Source: Podarcis muralis | Taxonomy: Eukaryota | NCBI RefSeq assembly: GCF_964188315.1 | Contig: NC_135663.1 | Coordinates: 41,416,001-41,480,000 of the forward strand | DNA: 64,000 nucleotides | Direction: 5' to 3' | Shown here: piece after piece, positions 11,842 through 22,735 of the stretch | Numbering within the stretch: position 1 is the first letter of the stretch | How the letters are laid out: the number at the start of each line of letters is the position of its first letter | Notes under the pieces: model-generated | The model's database searches: none | What the model was told of the DNA's origin: nothing | The model's input: the letters and a program-made list of their open reading frames with translations, nothing else | Program-made: the position numbers and the translations under genes

Positions 11842-14644
11842 GACTTCCGGTTTTTCCGCCTTCCACTTCGGGTATGCCTCGCGGAGTCTCCGCGGCAAAA
11901 GTAGCTGCCAGAGGGTGATTTAGGGGGCAACACAGAGGATACATGAACCCCAAAGGCTCTGGGGGTGACCCAGAACCGAACTTATCCTGCAGCGTCAAAA
12001 AGGGGACCTCCGGAGCTTGCATCTTCAACAAGAGGTGAGACAATGGAGTATACCCAGACACAAGGAGGTGAATAACCCTTGGCAGCAAGCCTCTAAAACC
12101 CGAAGGGGTAAGAACGGCGGCAAAATTTCCCTTATTCTTAATCCCTTAACCTAGAAAAAGGGTCACTAAAGAAGAGACTAAGAGGAGAAGGGGAATGGTT
12201 TGGATTTTATTTATAAAAACGACCTGACACGAGTCATGGTGGTCCAGTAAACGTTAATTAACCCCAGAGGACTAGTGCACAAAGATTAAAGGTCAGGGAG
12301 AAGACTCTACTTGAAATATTACCGGAGGGAATAAAGATCAGGGGAAATTGCCATGCACTTTTGTAAAAATGACTGAAAATCTAGATTTAATGGATTCCTG
12401 GAGATATAAGCATAGATTAGAGATAGAATATACATACTTTTCTGAATCAAATAAATTGGCTAGCAGGATAGATGCCATTTGGATTTCCATAGAGCTGCTA
12501 ATAAGGATTGATAAGGTACAAATTTTACCAAAAATAATTTCGGCTCATAAGCCGGTCCAGTTAAGATTAAAACCAGATTGGGAAACAGGAATAAGGAGAT
12601 GGAAATTAAATCAATCTTTACTGAAAAATGAAAAGATAATAAAGGTAAAGGTAAAGGGACCCCTGACCGTTAGGTCCAGCCGTGACCGACTCTGGGCTTG
12701 CGGCTCTCATCTCGCTTTATTGGCCGAGGGAGCTGGTGTACAGCATGTGGCCAGCATGACTAAACTGCTTCTGGCGAACCAGAGCAGCGCACAGAAACAC
12801 TGTTTAGCTTCCCGCCAGAGCGGTACCTATTTATCTACTTGCACTTTGACATGCTTTCGAACTGCTAGGTTGGCAGGAGCAGGGACTGAGCAACGGGAGC
12901 TCACCCTGTCGCGGGGATTCGAACCGCTGACCTTCTGATCAGCAAGTCCTAGGCTCTGTGGTTTAACCCACAGTGCCACCCACGTCCCTGAAAAGATAAT
13001 GGAGGATGCAAAAAAATCATTGAAAGAATATTTTGAATTGAATAACAATGAAGTTAGTGATGTAAGAACAATATGGGATGCTAGTAAGGCAGTTATTAGG
13101 GGATATTTCATAAAACAAAATGTGATACTTAGAAAAGAAAAGGAAAAGGAAAAAATGGGACTGTTGGAAGAAATAAAGAAAAAGGAAAAATAATTAATTA
13201 AACAACCAAGTAATGATAAAACCAAAAAAGAAATTAGACTACTACAGAATAGAGCAAGAAATGGAGTGGAACCTGAGAATGTGTAAACAGAATAACTTTG
13301 AGTTTGCCAATAAACCAGGAAGATACCTGGCATGGCAACTCAAGAAGAGAAAAACCGAAAAACAAATAAATAGAATAAAAATAGGAGAGAAATGTATAGA
13401 CGACTCCAAAATGATATTTTTTTAAAAAAAATACTATGGAGATCTATACAAAAAAGATGTACAGTAGTTACAGGAGAAGAAGTAGAAGACTATTTACGCC
13501 AACAGAAAATCCCAGAGATTAAAAAAGAGAGAGTCCAAATGTTGGATGCCCCAATATCAGAAATAGAAACTAGGAAAGCAATCCAGAAAGTTAAAATAGG
13601 TAAAACACCTGGTCCAGACGGTCTCCCAGCAGAATATTATAAAAAAATGGAAGAAATATTAATAGCACCACTAACGGAAATAGTGAATAACACCCTCAAT
13701 CAAGGAAAAATACCCAATTTTTCGTAGCTTATGTAACTCTCATACCCAAGCTGGGAGGGGACCCAGAGTCAATATCCAACTACAGGCCAATATCACTCTT
13801 AAATTGTGATTACAGAATTTTTGCCAATATATTGGCAAACAGGCTTAAAACTTGCTTTAAAACTTGCTAAAATGTATAAAAGAAGGTCACCAACTTGTTG
13901 GAGATGTAAAAAAGATGTGGGGTCATACTATCACATGTGGTGGATTTGTGCAGTTATTGGTGAATACTGGAATAATATCTGCAACGAATTTAAGAAATTA
14001 TTCAAACTTACCTTTAAAAAAACCCCAGAGATTTTTCTTTTAGGTATACTACCATTAGAAATTTAAAAATATATAAGACCAATGTTCATGTATGCAATTA
14101 CAGCAGTGAGAATTCTTGTGGCGAGGAATTGGAAAAGTGAAATATTAAAAATGATAACAGATTGGCAGATACTCATGATAGAATATTTACAACTAGCAAA
14201 ACTGACGGGAAAAGTTAGAGGAGTCTCAAATCAGAAAATACATGGAGAATGGAGAATATTTAAGCATTACTTAAGACTATATTGTACTAATCCTACCATT
14301 TTAGCAGAACTTGAATGATACTTGTAAGTGAAAACATGTAACAAATATTTTATTGACTAGATGGAAATGATATAAAAGAATATAAAACTGTGCGAAAAAA
14401 TAACCACAGTACCAACAGTATAATGAGAACAGTTGGAAGTTTTACATCCAGAATTTTTATTTAAGTGTTATTATAGAAGTTATTTTTCTTTTCTGTACAT
14501 AGCATTTTCTTTCTTTTTTTGTTCTTTTTATGTTCTTTTTTGGCTTCTTCTTTCTTTACTTTTCGTCACTTCTATTGTAATGATTTTGTATATTTTTGCA
14601 TATGTTTGTATTTTAAATCAAAGAATTCTTAACAAACAAACAAA
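11842..14644 (+). mobile_element. L1-clade LINE derivative with both termini, large internal deletions and a nested Sauria SINE
   Basis: 20-bp TSD AATCACTAGTCTGCATATTT at 11822-11841 and 14645-14664. 5' end GACTTCCGG with a CpG-rich UTR. ORF2 pieces: EN C-terminal part (MDSWRY..YTYFS..SRIDAIW..RWKLNQSLL), WDASKAVIRG, GKTPGPDGLPAEYYK, YRPISLLN, then directly the C-terminal CWRC..HMWWIC knuckle. A-rich tail AACAAACAAACAAAA. Confidence 0.92.
12641..12988 (-). mobile_element. Sauria SINE inserted into L1 ORF2
   Basis: Reverse-strand Sauria SINE consensus with an (ACCTTT)n tail. TSD TGAAAAGATAAT at 12629-12640 and 12989-13000; the L1 reading resumes after it. Confidence 0.95.
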
Positions 14645-14764
14645 AATCACTAGTCTGCATATTTTACCAGTTTTCAGCAATGTAAGCAAAATTTATCCTT
14701 TGGACCTCGACAGAAAAGCATATACAGGCAGAGAGGTAGCAGCTTGGTCTTCAGTTGTCAATCA

Positions 14765-15003
14765 AGAAGAAGAAGAAGAGTTTGGATTTGATATCCCGCC
14801 TTTCACTCCCCTTCAGGAGTCTCAAAGCGGCTAACAATCTCCTTTCCCTTCCTCCCCCACAACAAACACCCTGTGAGGTGAGTGGGGCTGAGAGACTTCA
14901 AAGAAGTGTGACTAGCCAGCAGCTGCATGTGGAGGAGCGGAGATGCGAACCCGGTTCCCCAGATTACAAGACTACCGCTCTTAACTACTACACCACACTG
15001 GCT
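14765..15003 (-). mobile_element. Squam3C-like SINE
   Basis: Minus strand begins AGCCAGTGTGGTGTAGTAGTTAAGAGCGGTAG (tRNA-like A box), has B-box-like GGTTCGCATCTCC and a (CTT)n tail. Near-identical to the copies at 22.1 and 61.7 kb apart from an 11-nt internal deletion. Confidence 0.88.
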
Positions 15004-15680
15004 CTCACAAGAAGACTCAGGCCAGCCTGTGGCTTTTTATAGGGTCAGACAAAAACCTGAGAGGGAGCAGTGATGCCTACATTTGCCTCCCTCATCCTTC
15101 CACAACCTGGTACCATCCAGAATTTGTTGGTCTATAGCTCCCATCATCCCTGACCATTATCCATGCTGCCTGGGACTACTACATTTGGAAGGTCATAGGT
15201 TTGCCATCCTTCCCCATCTAGCTGACAGGAGCGAAATTTGACAGGTGGACGGGGCAATCCAGCTGTCAATCACTTGATGTCACAATGATGTCAGGTAACC
15301 CTTTTTTGCTAGCATAGTTTGAAATCAAACTGAGTGGGGAAATGCACAACCCACAAGGCACCTTTAAAATCTTTTTCTAAGACATGACCATCCACTGATG
15401 GCAAAGAGTTCTAAAAAACTAGCCATGAAATGATATAGGACACCTGCAGTTCATAGTCTAAAATCCCAGAGGGCATGCAAATCTTACACAGCTCTTTGGA
15501 ACCTAGCCACCTGGTGAATAAATTCAGATGCCATACTGTGCTATCATTTACATGAACCTGAGCACTGGATTTGTATACTCTCTTCACCATTCATCCTACG
15601 GTGTGGCCACACCGAGGATCCTGGCAGCATGTTTTAACACCAGCAATGCTGTAATGTTTTGTGCATAGATACTGGAGTGG

Positions 15681-15725
15681 TAAACTATGGTTTATTGACA
15701 AGCTAGGATCATAAACCGTAGTTTA
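15681..15725. repeat. 14-bp stem hairpin, probable MITE remnant
   Basis: TAAACTATGGTTTA ... TAAACCGTAGTTTA inverted repeat with one mismatch and a 17-nt loop. Confidence 0.45.
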
Positions 15726-15954
15726 GACTAACCAAAATGTGTCCTTATTAGACCTAATGATATTACATGATTGATTCTTTCATCCACAGCTTTTTTTTTT
15801 TTTTTAAACATCCCAGAATGATAAAACATCTTGGGCATTCTGAGAAAACAAAATGGTACCTCCTATAAGATGGTTGCTGAAATCCATAGCTATGAGAAAA
15901 GGCAAGCTCCCCCCGTCATTCAAACTTTTACTCATGGCTTTAGTCTTGTACCAT

Positions 15955-16318
15955 GCCGGGACGTGGGTGGCGCTATGGGTAAAAGCCTCAGCGTCTAGGG
16001 CTTGCCGATTGAAAGGTCGATGGTTCGAATCCCCGCAGCGGGGTGCGCTCCCGTTGTTCGGTCCCAGCGCCTGCCAACCTAGCAGTTCGAAAGCACCCCC
16101 GGGTGCAAGTAGATAAATAGGGACTGCTTACTAGCAGGAAGGTAAACGGTGTTTCCGTGTGTGGCTCCGGCTCGCCAGAGCAGTGATGTCATGCTGGCCA
16201 CGTGACCCGGAAGTGTCTCCGGACAGCGCTGGCCCCTGGCCTCTTGAGTGAGTTGGGTGCACAACCCTAGAGTCTGTCAAGACTGGCCCGTACGGGCAGG
16301 GGTACCTTTACCTTTACC
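15955..16318 (+). mobile_element. Sauria SINE, divergent subfamily
   Basis: Sauria head and core but a different 3' half (AGTGTCTCCGGACAGCGCTGGCCCC...CCCGTACGGGCAGGGGTACCTTTACC). TSD TTAGTCTTGTACCAT at 15940-15954 and 16319-16333. Confidence 0.93.
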
Positions 16319-18037
16319 TTAGTCTTGTACCATAGTAAAATTGAACTTAATGGGACTCATGTAGTTGAACTTTCCATTTGTTATTAAATTAATACCCTCA
16401 ATAAATATTTTTTTAATGTGGGAGTGGCAGTATAGGCAATGAGTGACTTAATATGGAAGAAATTGAAAATTATCATCACAAAAAAAGTGAGTTTTACATC
16501 GTTCTTTCTTTCGTTTGCAAACTGAGTGCTTGGAACCTTCACCACTATGGCTGGTGAGAGCAAAGGATATTGTCTGAACTCTTTGCAGCATCTTTCATTG
16601 ATTGCTTGTTTGGAGAGCACAATGGATTCCACAGGAAACTATTATCCCTACAGTGAAAGGCAGACACCTCTGCTAGACTATGGAAGGAAAAAGAATGCTG
16701 TGCATTGACCATTTTTATCTATGTCGGTAGCAACATACAACGCCAGGGAACCCCATTAAAATCTGCTGACATTATTTTGTTTGCGGGACTGCAGCCAAAG
16801 GAAAAATAAAACAGGGTGTGAATATTTGAAAGCAAGAAAAGAAAGAACTATAAGAAACTGCAGACAGACAGCTGTGTTGTGGTCTCCAGCTGCCTGTTAT
16901 TGGTCCTTTCCCAGAAACAAACACCTGGTGAGACCCGATAGAAAATCAGTCTAATATTATGTGTAGCTTAGTAGCAGGAAAACTGCAAGGTGTTTCAAAT
17001 TGCTACACCCCTCACAAAAACAGTTTTCCATTGGTGCTTACCTCCACCATATCACGTTCTATGGTCTCCAGATTTTCCTATGAAAGAAAGCCAAATGATT
17101 TTTCATTTCATTTATTAGCTGGAAAGAATTTGACAGAAAACGAAATACCAGCATAAAATAGATTTCCAGTCAGTTTTCTGGCTGCCTTCTGTAAAAGTGG
17201 GAAGCAAAGCCACACATGATCTATATGATCTATACTGTATATATTAGGTAGACAAAAAACCTTATGCTACAAGCCTCAAATTGGTTGATCAGGTTTTGCA
17301 TACTATATTGTTTCACCCCAATTAGCAACAAGGAATGTTCATTTATCGCAGCTTTGTGAAACCATGGAAGACTCAGATTTTGTGATGTTGCATTATCTCA
17401 TGGTTGGCAGGGTGGGGGGCGCTCAGGAATACTCCAACACCAATGGAAACAGTGAGCACAGACTACAAATTTCTCCAGCACAAGCCTGAAGGAAATGAAG
17501 AAGAGCTGTTCAAAAACATGAAGAAGGAAACTGTCCCCCAATGGCAAGAACTGAACAGTACAATCATGAGAAGTATGCTGGATTGAATTCAGTGGGCCCC
17601 AGGAAAGCAGGTCTAGGACCGCTGCCTAAATCTCCCTGGTTTCAATATAGCCTGGTAAGTGTTAGGCCACCGTGCTTTGGATTGTGCAAAGTCACCATAC
17701 AGTCTTCTCAAACGCCCACTCCAAGGTTGCTGCCAAACATTGTGCCATGTTCAGTCCAATTCACTAGTCGACCCAAAATATTTTAACCATGTAAACAGGG
17801 GCGTATATAACAAACAATGTTCAGGAGTTCAAAACCAACCTAAGTGAATAATGTGCACAGGAAAAATGGTTATGTCTTAGTCACAGGTGGGAAATTTCAG
17901 TTCCAGGCACAGACTGTGACCACCCAGGACTCTCTTTCTAGCTCTACCCCCAAGCCACATGCCTCTCAAGCCCTGCTTTGAACACTGGATGTTTTTGCCT
18001 GGCTGGAATGTGTCCTTGAGCTTTGATGGTGCCTCTT

Positions 18038-18359
18038 TGTTATGTACTGAGTTGAATAGGATCCAAAATGCAGCAGTCTGATTGAATCTAGAACAATAGG
18101 ATCCAAAGTGCAGCAGTCTGATTGGTCCTAGAACAATGCAGCAGTCTGATTGGTCCGCAGGAGCCACCCAATCCAGCTCCAGGTGGAAGTGAATCCACAA
18201 CCTGATTGGCCTACAGGAGAATCCCAGAATTAGCCAATCACGTGCAGTCCATTGTGTAAATAATATATATAAAGCAGGTATTTGGAACTTTCATTCCTCG
18301 TCACCACTATGAGCTGAATAAAGAGCATGAAATCCACTCTCGACTCCGAGTATATTTCA
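18038..18359 (+). mobile_element. Solo LTR (322 bp), Gypsy- or BEL-like
   Basis: TG...CA ends; 5-bp TSD CTCTT at 18033-18037 and 18360-18364; tandem GCAGCAGTCTGATTG units; TATATAAAG at about 18266-18274; AATAAA at 18317-18322. Confidence 0.9.
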
Positions 18360-20814
18360 CTCTTGCTCCTCCAATGTGTTTATACACACTGGCCTACTAT
18401 GCAAAGGTAATATTTGCATTCATTGGTGCACTCACTTTGGCCTCTGGCCCTGCCTACCATTGGGAAGTGGCTGCCTAGAAGGGAATGTGGTTCAGGCTGC
18501 AAAAGTTTTCTCCACCCTGGTCTAAGCTGATTACCTGTTAGTGCTGAAGGCAATGTAAGGAACTGATCCAAGTGCTTGCTTCTTTCTGCCACCTTAAAGG
18601 CAACCAGCACTATAAGAACAGGGACACTAATCCTGCATTCTTGCATGCAGGATGCAGGGGCTTCCAAATGTAATATGGAAATATGCTTGAGGATGTGGTT
18701 TTACAGCACTGGGAGGATCAAGAGAAGGCAGCCAGCATTTTTCAACTTTCACCTATACAAGTCAGACTTCTCTGTTACTCTATTTCCATATCTGCATGAG
18801 TCATTTTTAACCTCAAAAGCTGCTGTGAATTCATAAATAGGCCCAGGGACGTTGGAGGCAGTCTATTACCAGTGTTTTATTCTTGTCATAGCAATGCAGA
18901 AATGGCAAATATGTGGTTCTCTCTCTCTTCCATGTGAGGATCACGGCATTTGCCTGTTTCTTTTTTGGCTCTCTCTGCTCTGTTGTGTCTTGATATCTGA
19001 GGCAAAGGCACAGTCTATATTTCCAATTACTTAGGGCTCGAAACAACTAGCCACTGTTTTGACTCATCAGGGCTGCAGCAAGACATTTTAAGTAGGCCTC
19101 AAAGCTGCTAAACATTTATGTGTGGTTTTCAAAGGAAATGGCCCAACAGCTGCATGGTGAATGATGTACACAGCAGAAACCCAAACCTCAGGAGTCTTTT
19201 AGGGGTGTGGCTGGTAAGGCATCCAAGTGCAATTTTTACGCTTACAGATGAGAGACGCATAAAGCCAAAATCTTTATCTAGGCTTCTAAAGTATGGGTTG
19301 TGCAGATGAAAAGAGACACCACCTGCAACAACTGTTCCTGGTCCCAAAAGGGAATTGACCAGACAGAGCCACGTCCTGGCTCATTTTTCCAAAGAGGGCA
19401 GCAGAGAATTTTCTCATGGTTTGAATACAATTGCTTCAGCAGCAATCCCAGAAGGACAAACACTTTGGCTGTAGAGTAAGGAGCGCGAGAATGAAAGGAG
19501 TGAAAGGGCTGGTTTGTACCAAAGCAGCAGCAATGACCGACTGTTGTAAAATCATACCGCATGACTTTCAAGCACCATTTTTTATAAGCTGTATCAAAAT
19601 CCAATTGTTTAAGCAAAAAGACCTGTTGCGTAACCCATCCAGGTGCTAAAAGACTTAGACATGGGTTTGCTTAAAGCAATCTGTGTTATGCATTTTGAGG
19701 TGATGCAAATCCTATTCAGAAAATTCTCATCCACACATAGGACTAATAGCAAACAGGCAAAGTGGGGTCATAGCTCCTAGTTCTGGCCCCACACCTTTTG
19801 TCCCTCCCTGGGCCCACACCCAATGTCCATGCATGGACAGTGGACATCTGAAGGGGGTGCCTACAAGCATTTATTTGAACTCACACAGATGCTTGCTTGG
19901 CCTACAGGAAGCCTGATTGTGACCATGTGGAGCTGAATGCAAGCTATGTCCCTCTATGGACATTCTCAATTCAGCACATGGATACCAGGGAGAAGCTTTC
20001 AGGGCCTGGAATAGCAGTTGTGGTGCCAGAAGGTCAGGTGGACCAATTTTAGCCCTGGGAATCATCTCACACAAGATCTTCCTACCTGGTTGGATATCTC
20101 AAAGAGAAACAAGTGGGTAGCGGATGACAAAGATGTCCATACTGGTTTCTCTCAGTTTCTGATTTTTCCAGTCTTAAATTTGGTTCTCTACATGTCCAGT
20201 TTGTGACTTGGGGGGGAGGGGAGGGGAATTTCCTCACAAAAATTCATCAGCATTCTAGCATAAATCTCTTCTAATATATGCATTTTATATACATTTTCCT
20301 AACAGACATATTTTTGCCAAGCAATTTCACTCAACAAAATGCATTTTTGTATGCTTTTTCACTACTGTATGCTTTCATATGTACACTTTACCCTAGTATA
20401 TGGATTTTTGTGTGTGCATATTGCTTGGCTGAAGAATTGCATTTCCAAATCTGGGGAAGTATGGATTTTGAAGAATAGTTTTGTTTTGATCCTTGTATTG
20501 TTTCAGAAAGTGCAGATTTGGTAACTTCATCGTTAAATGCAAACTTTATTGAATTTCTCCCCTTGCCCTGCATGGCCCTGAGGCATTTCCTATCTTCAGG
20601 TATATCCTTGAACATGCACAGGATGGGGGGGCACACACACAAGTCCCCCCCCCCAACATCCCTGAGGGCACCAGCTGCTATTGGGATGTTTGTGCAATTA
20701 GCACAAAAGTCTGGAGATAGTTTTAAGTATGTTTGAGTGAGCATGGGTGGGAAGACAGTCAGTTGAATGCACCTAAGAAGACAATCACCTTCCTCAGGTG
20801 TCACAATGGGCAAG

Positions 20815-20948
20815 TGCATCTGGATGTTAACCAGAAGGTTGGTAGTTCGAGCCCACCCAGGGATGAATGTGGGCAGGATTCCTGCATTGCAGGGAGTTGG
20901 ACTAGATGACCCTCAGGATCCCTTCCAACTCTTTTATTCTATGATCTA
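20815..20948 (+). mobile_element. tRNA-derived SINE with a CR1-type 3' tail (partial); tail-only relatives at about 49740-49815 (+) and 25005-25045 (-)
   Basis: B-box-like GGTAGTTCGAGCCC followed by GGAGTTGGACTAGATGACCCTCAGGATCCCTTCCAACTC...ATTCTATGAT, the classic CR1 3' terminus. Confidence 0.7.
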
Positions 20949-22133
20949 AGTAGCCAGTGTACATGGGCATGTTGGAGGTGGAGTTTATGTTTGTTTTATT
21001 GCCCAAATACCTGACCACAGCCATTGCTTTAATTGGATCCTGGTTAGAACGTCTTCCATGAGATCCTGATAACCAGAAGCTATTCAGTCAGAGGAAACTG
21101 TTGCTAGCATAGTCTCTCCCTCCATCTACCAGATTCTCTTAGTTCCAGCTGGTTGGGAAGGTTTGGGGAAGAGGATGAGAGGGAACATGCTCTTCTTCCC
21201 ATTCTACACAAAACCAACAACAGCTTTCATACATTCTAGAATTGCACATTCCCTGTAGCCCGTTCCCTCTATGGAACTTGGGCTCATTTACATAATTTGG
21301 AATCTTTAAAGTTAACAAATTCAGTGTCTTCCTAGGGCATTAGCATTTGACATTTCTCAAATGGAGATGAAAAATATTTTAACTCTATGCCTTGGTTTCT
21401 GGTTTGCCGTGGTCATGCCTTTCTCTTGAATGACCATTTATTTTGGTTGGACTCATTGCATGCCTTTGCATTTAAGCAGTCAAGGAATTCCAAACATTTA
21501 TCATTCAGAGTGGTGCCTGGCTCTCATCTCAGTTGTGTGGCACAGCTTTTAACCCTATGGTAACTAATTGGACAAGACTAGAATTGATTTCAAATTTTAG
21601 CTCCTTAAGTGATTCTGAGAGTTGGATATTCCCCATTAACCTCCACTGAGGAATAATTATCACAGAGGCATCACTCATGCCTGGCACATAATTCCACAGA
21701 GGTGCTCGTCATTAAACACATTTTTAAAACAATAATAAAAAATACCAATACATGCCTGCCATGTCTGTGCAACGATATACCAAACAATATTCACAAGAGT
21801 ACTGTGAAGATGTGTGTTTGGGAAAGTAATCTCCCCAGAGCTATTTTTTCTAGAAAAAGAGATGCTGGAATTCAACATAAATACCTCCTTTGTTTTCTTT
21901 TAATGGCAATTGTACTCACCTGAGGTGCCAGAACTGAGTTCCAGTGAGTTCCAGCTGAAAAAGCCCTGAATCTCCCCATGTCAACATCCTTACCACCCAC
22001 CCAAGGAAGTCAGAGAGAAGACAGTTACACAACAAGAAATCTTCAGGCTTAAACTGCCTGAAATGTCATGAGATTTTGATTTTGCCACAGAGCCACCTGA
22101 GCTTTAGAGCAAGAGGTGGGAACAGGAACAATA

Positions 22134-22388
22134 AAAGAAGAAGAAGAAGAAGAGTTTGGATTTGATATCCCGCCTTTCACTCCCCTTCAGGAGTCTCAAA
22201 GCGGCTAAGATTCTCCTTTCCCTTCCTCCCCCACAACAAACACTCTGTGAGGTGAGTGGGGCTGAGAGACTTCAGAGAAGTGTGACTGGCCCAAGGTCAC
22301 CCAGCAGCTGCATGTGGAGGAGCGGAGACGCGAACCCGGTTACCCAGATTACGAGTCTACCGCTCTTAACCACTACACCACACTGGCT
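22134..22388 (-). mobile_element. Squam3C-like SINE, full length
   Basis: Same consensus as the 14.8 and 61.7 kb copies; (CTT)n tail seen as a GAA run at about 22134-22152. Confidence 0.9.
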
Positions 22389-22569
22389 GCCACACCACAA
22401 ACTACACCACCACAAAAGGATGTGTTTTCATCTAATCAAGTCAGTTGGGGCAGACTGGAAGTGCAACACACACTCACTTGACCCCTTGGCCATAGGCCAC
22501 CCCACTTGGTCTATCAGCCACCACTGCAAGGGATCGATGCCTCCGTGTAACAACTGTTTTGCAGAGGCA

Positions 22570-22735
22570 TCAATCCCAGTTCAGATTTCAACTCGCCAAA
22601 TGGCTGTCATCAAGCTACTCTCTTTCAGCCTTGGTCTCTGCCCTACCACCATCACAACTGACTTACCTTACAGAGTTGTTTTCAGGATTGCAGCTAGATA
22701 ATGCACATGCAGTGTTCTGAACACTTGGGAACACT
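22570..22735 (+). mobile_element. MIR/CORE-like SINE remnant
   Basis: acttaccttacagagttgttttcaggattgcagctagataatgcacatgcagtgttctgaacac resembles the MIR/L2-type 3' half. Confidence 0.5.

Noticed and set aside
12827-13333. 168-aa hydrophobic ORF
   Set aside because: Antisense of the A-rich L1 ORF2 plus SINE; the F/S/L-rich composition is a strand artefact.
18058-18155. CRISPR-like repeat array
   Set aside because: These are tandem units inside a eukaryotic LTR with no unique spacers.
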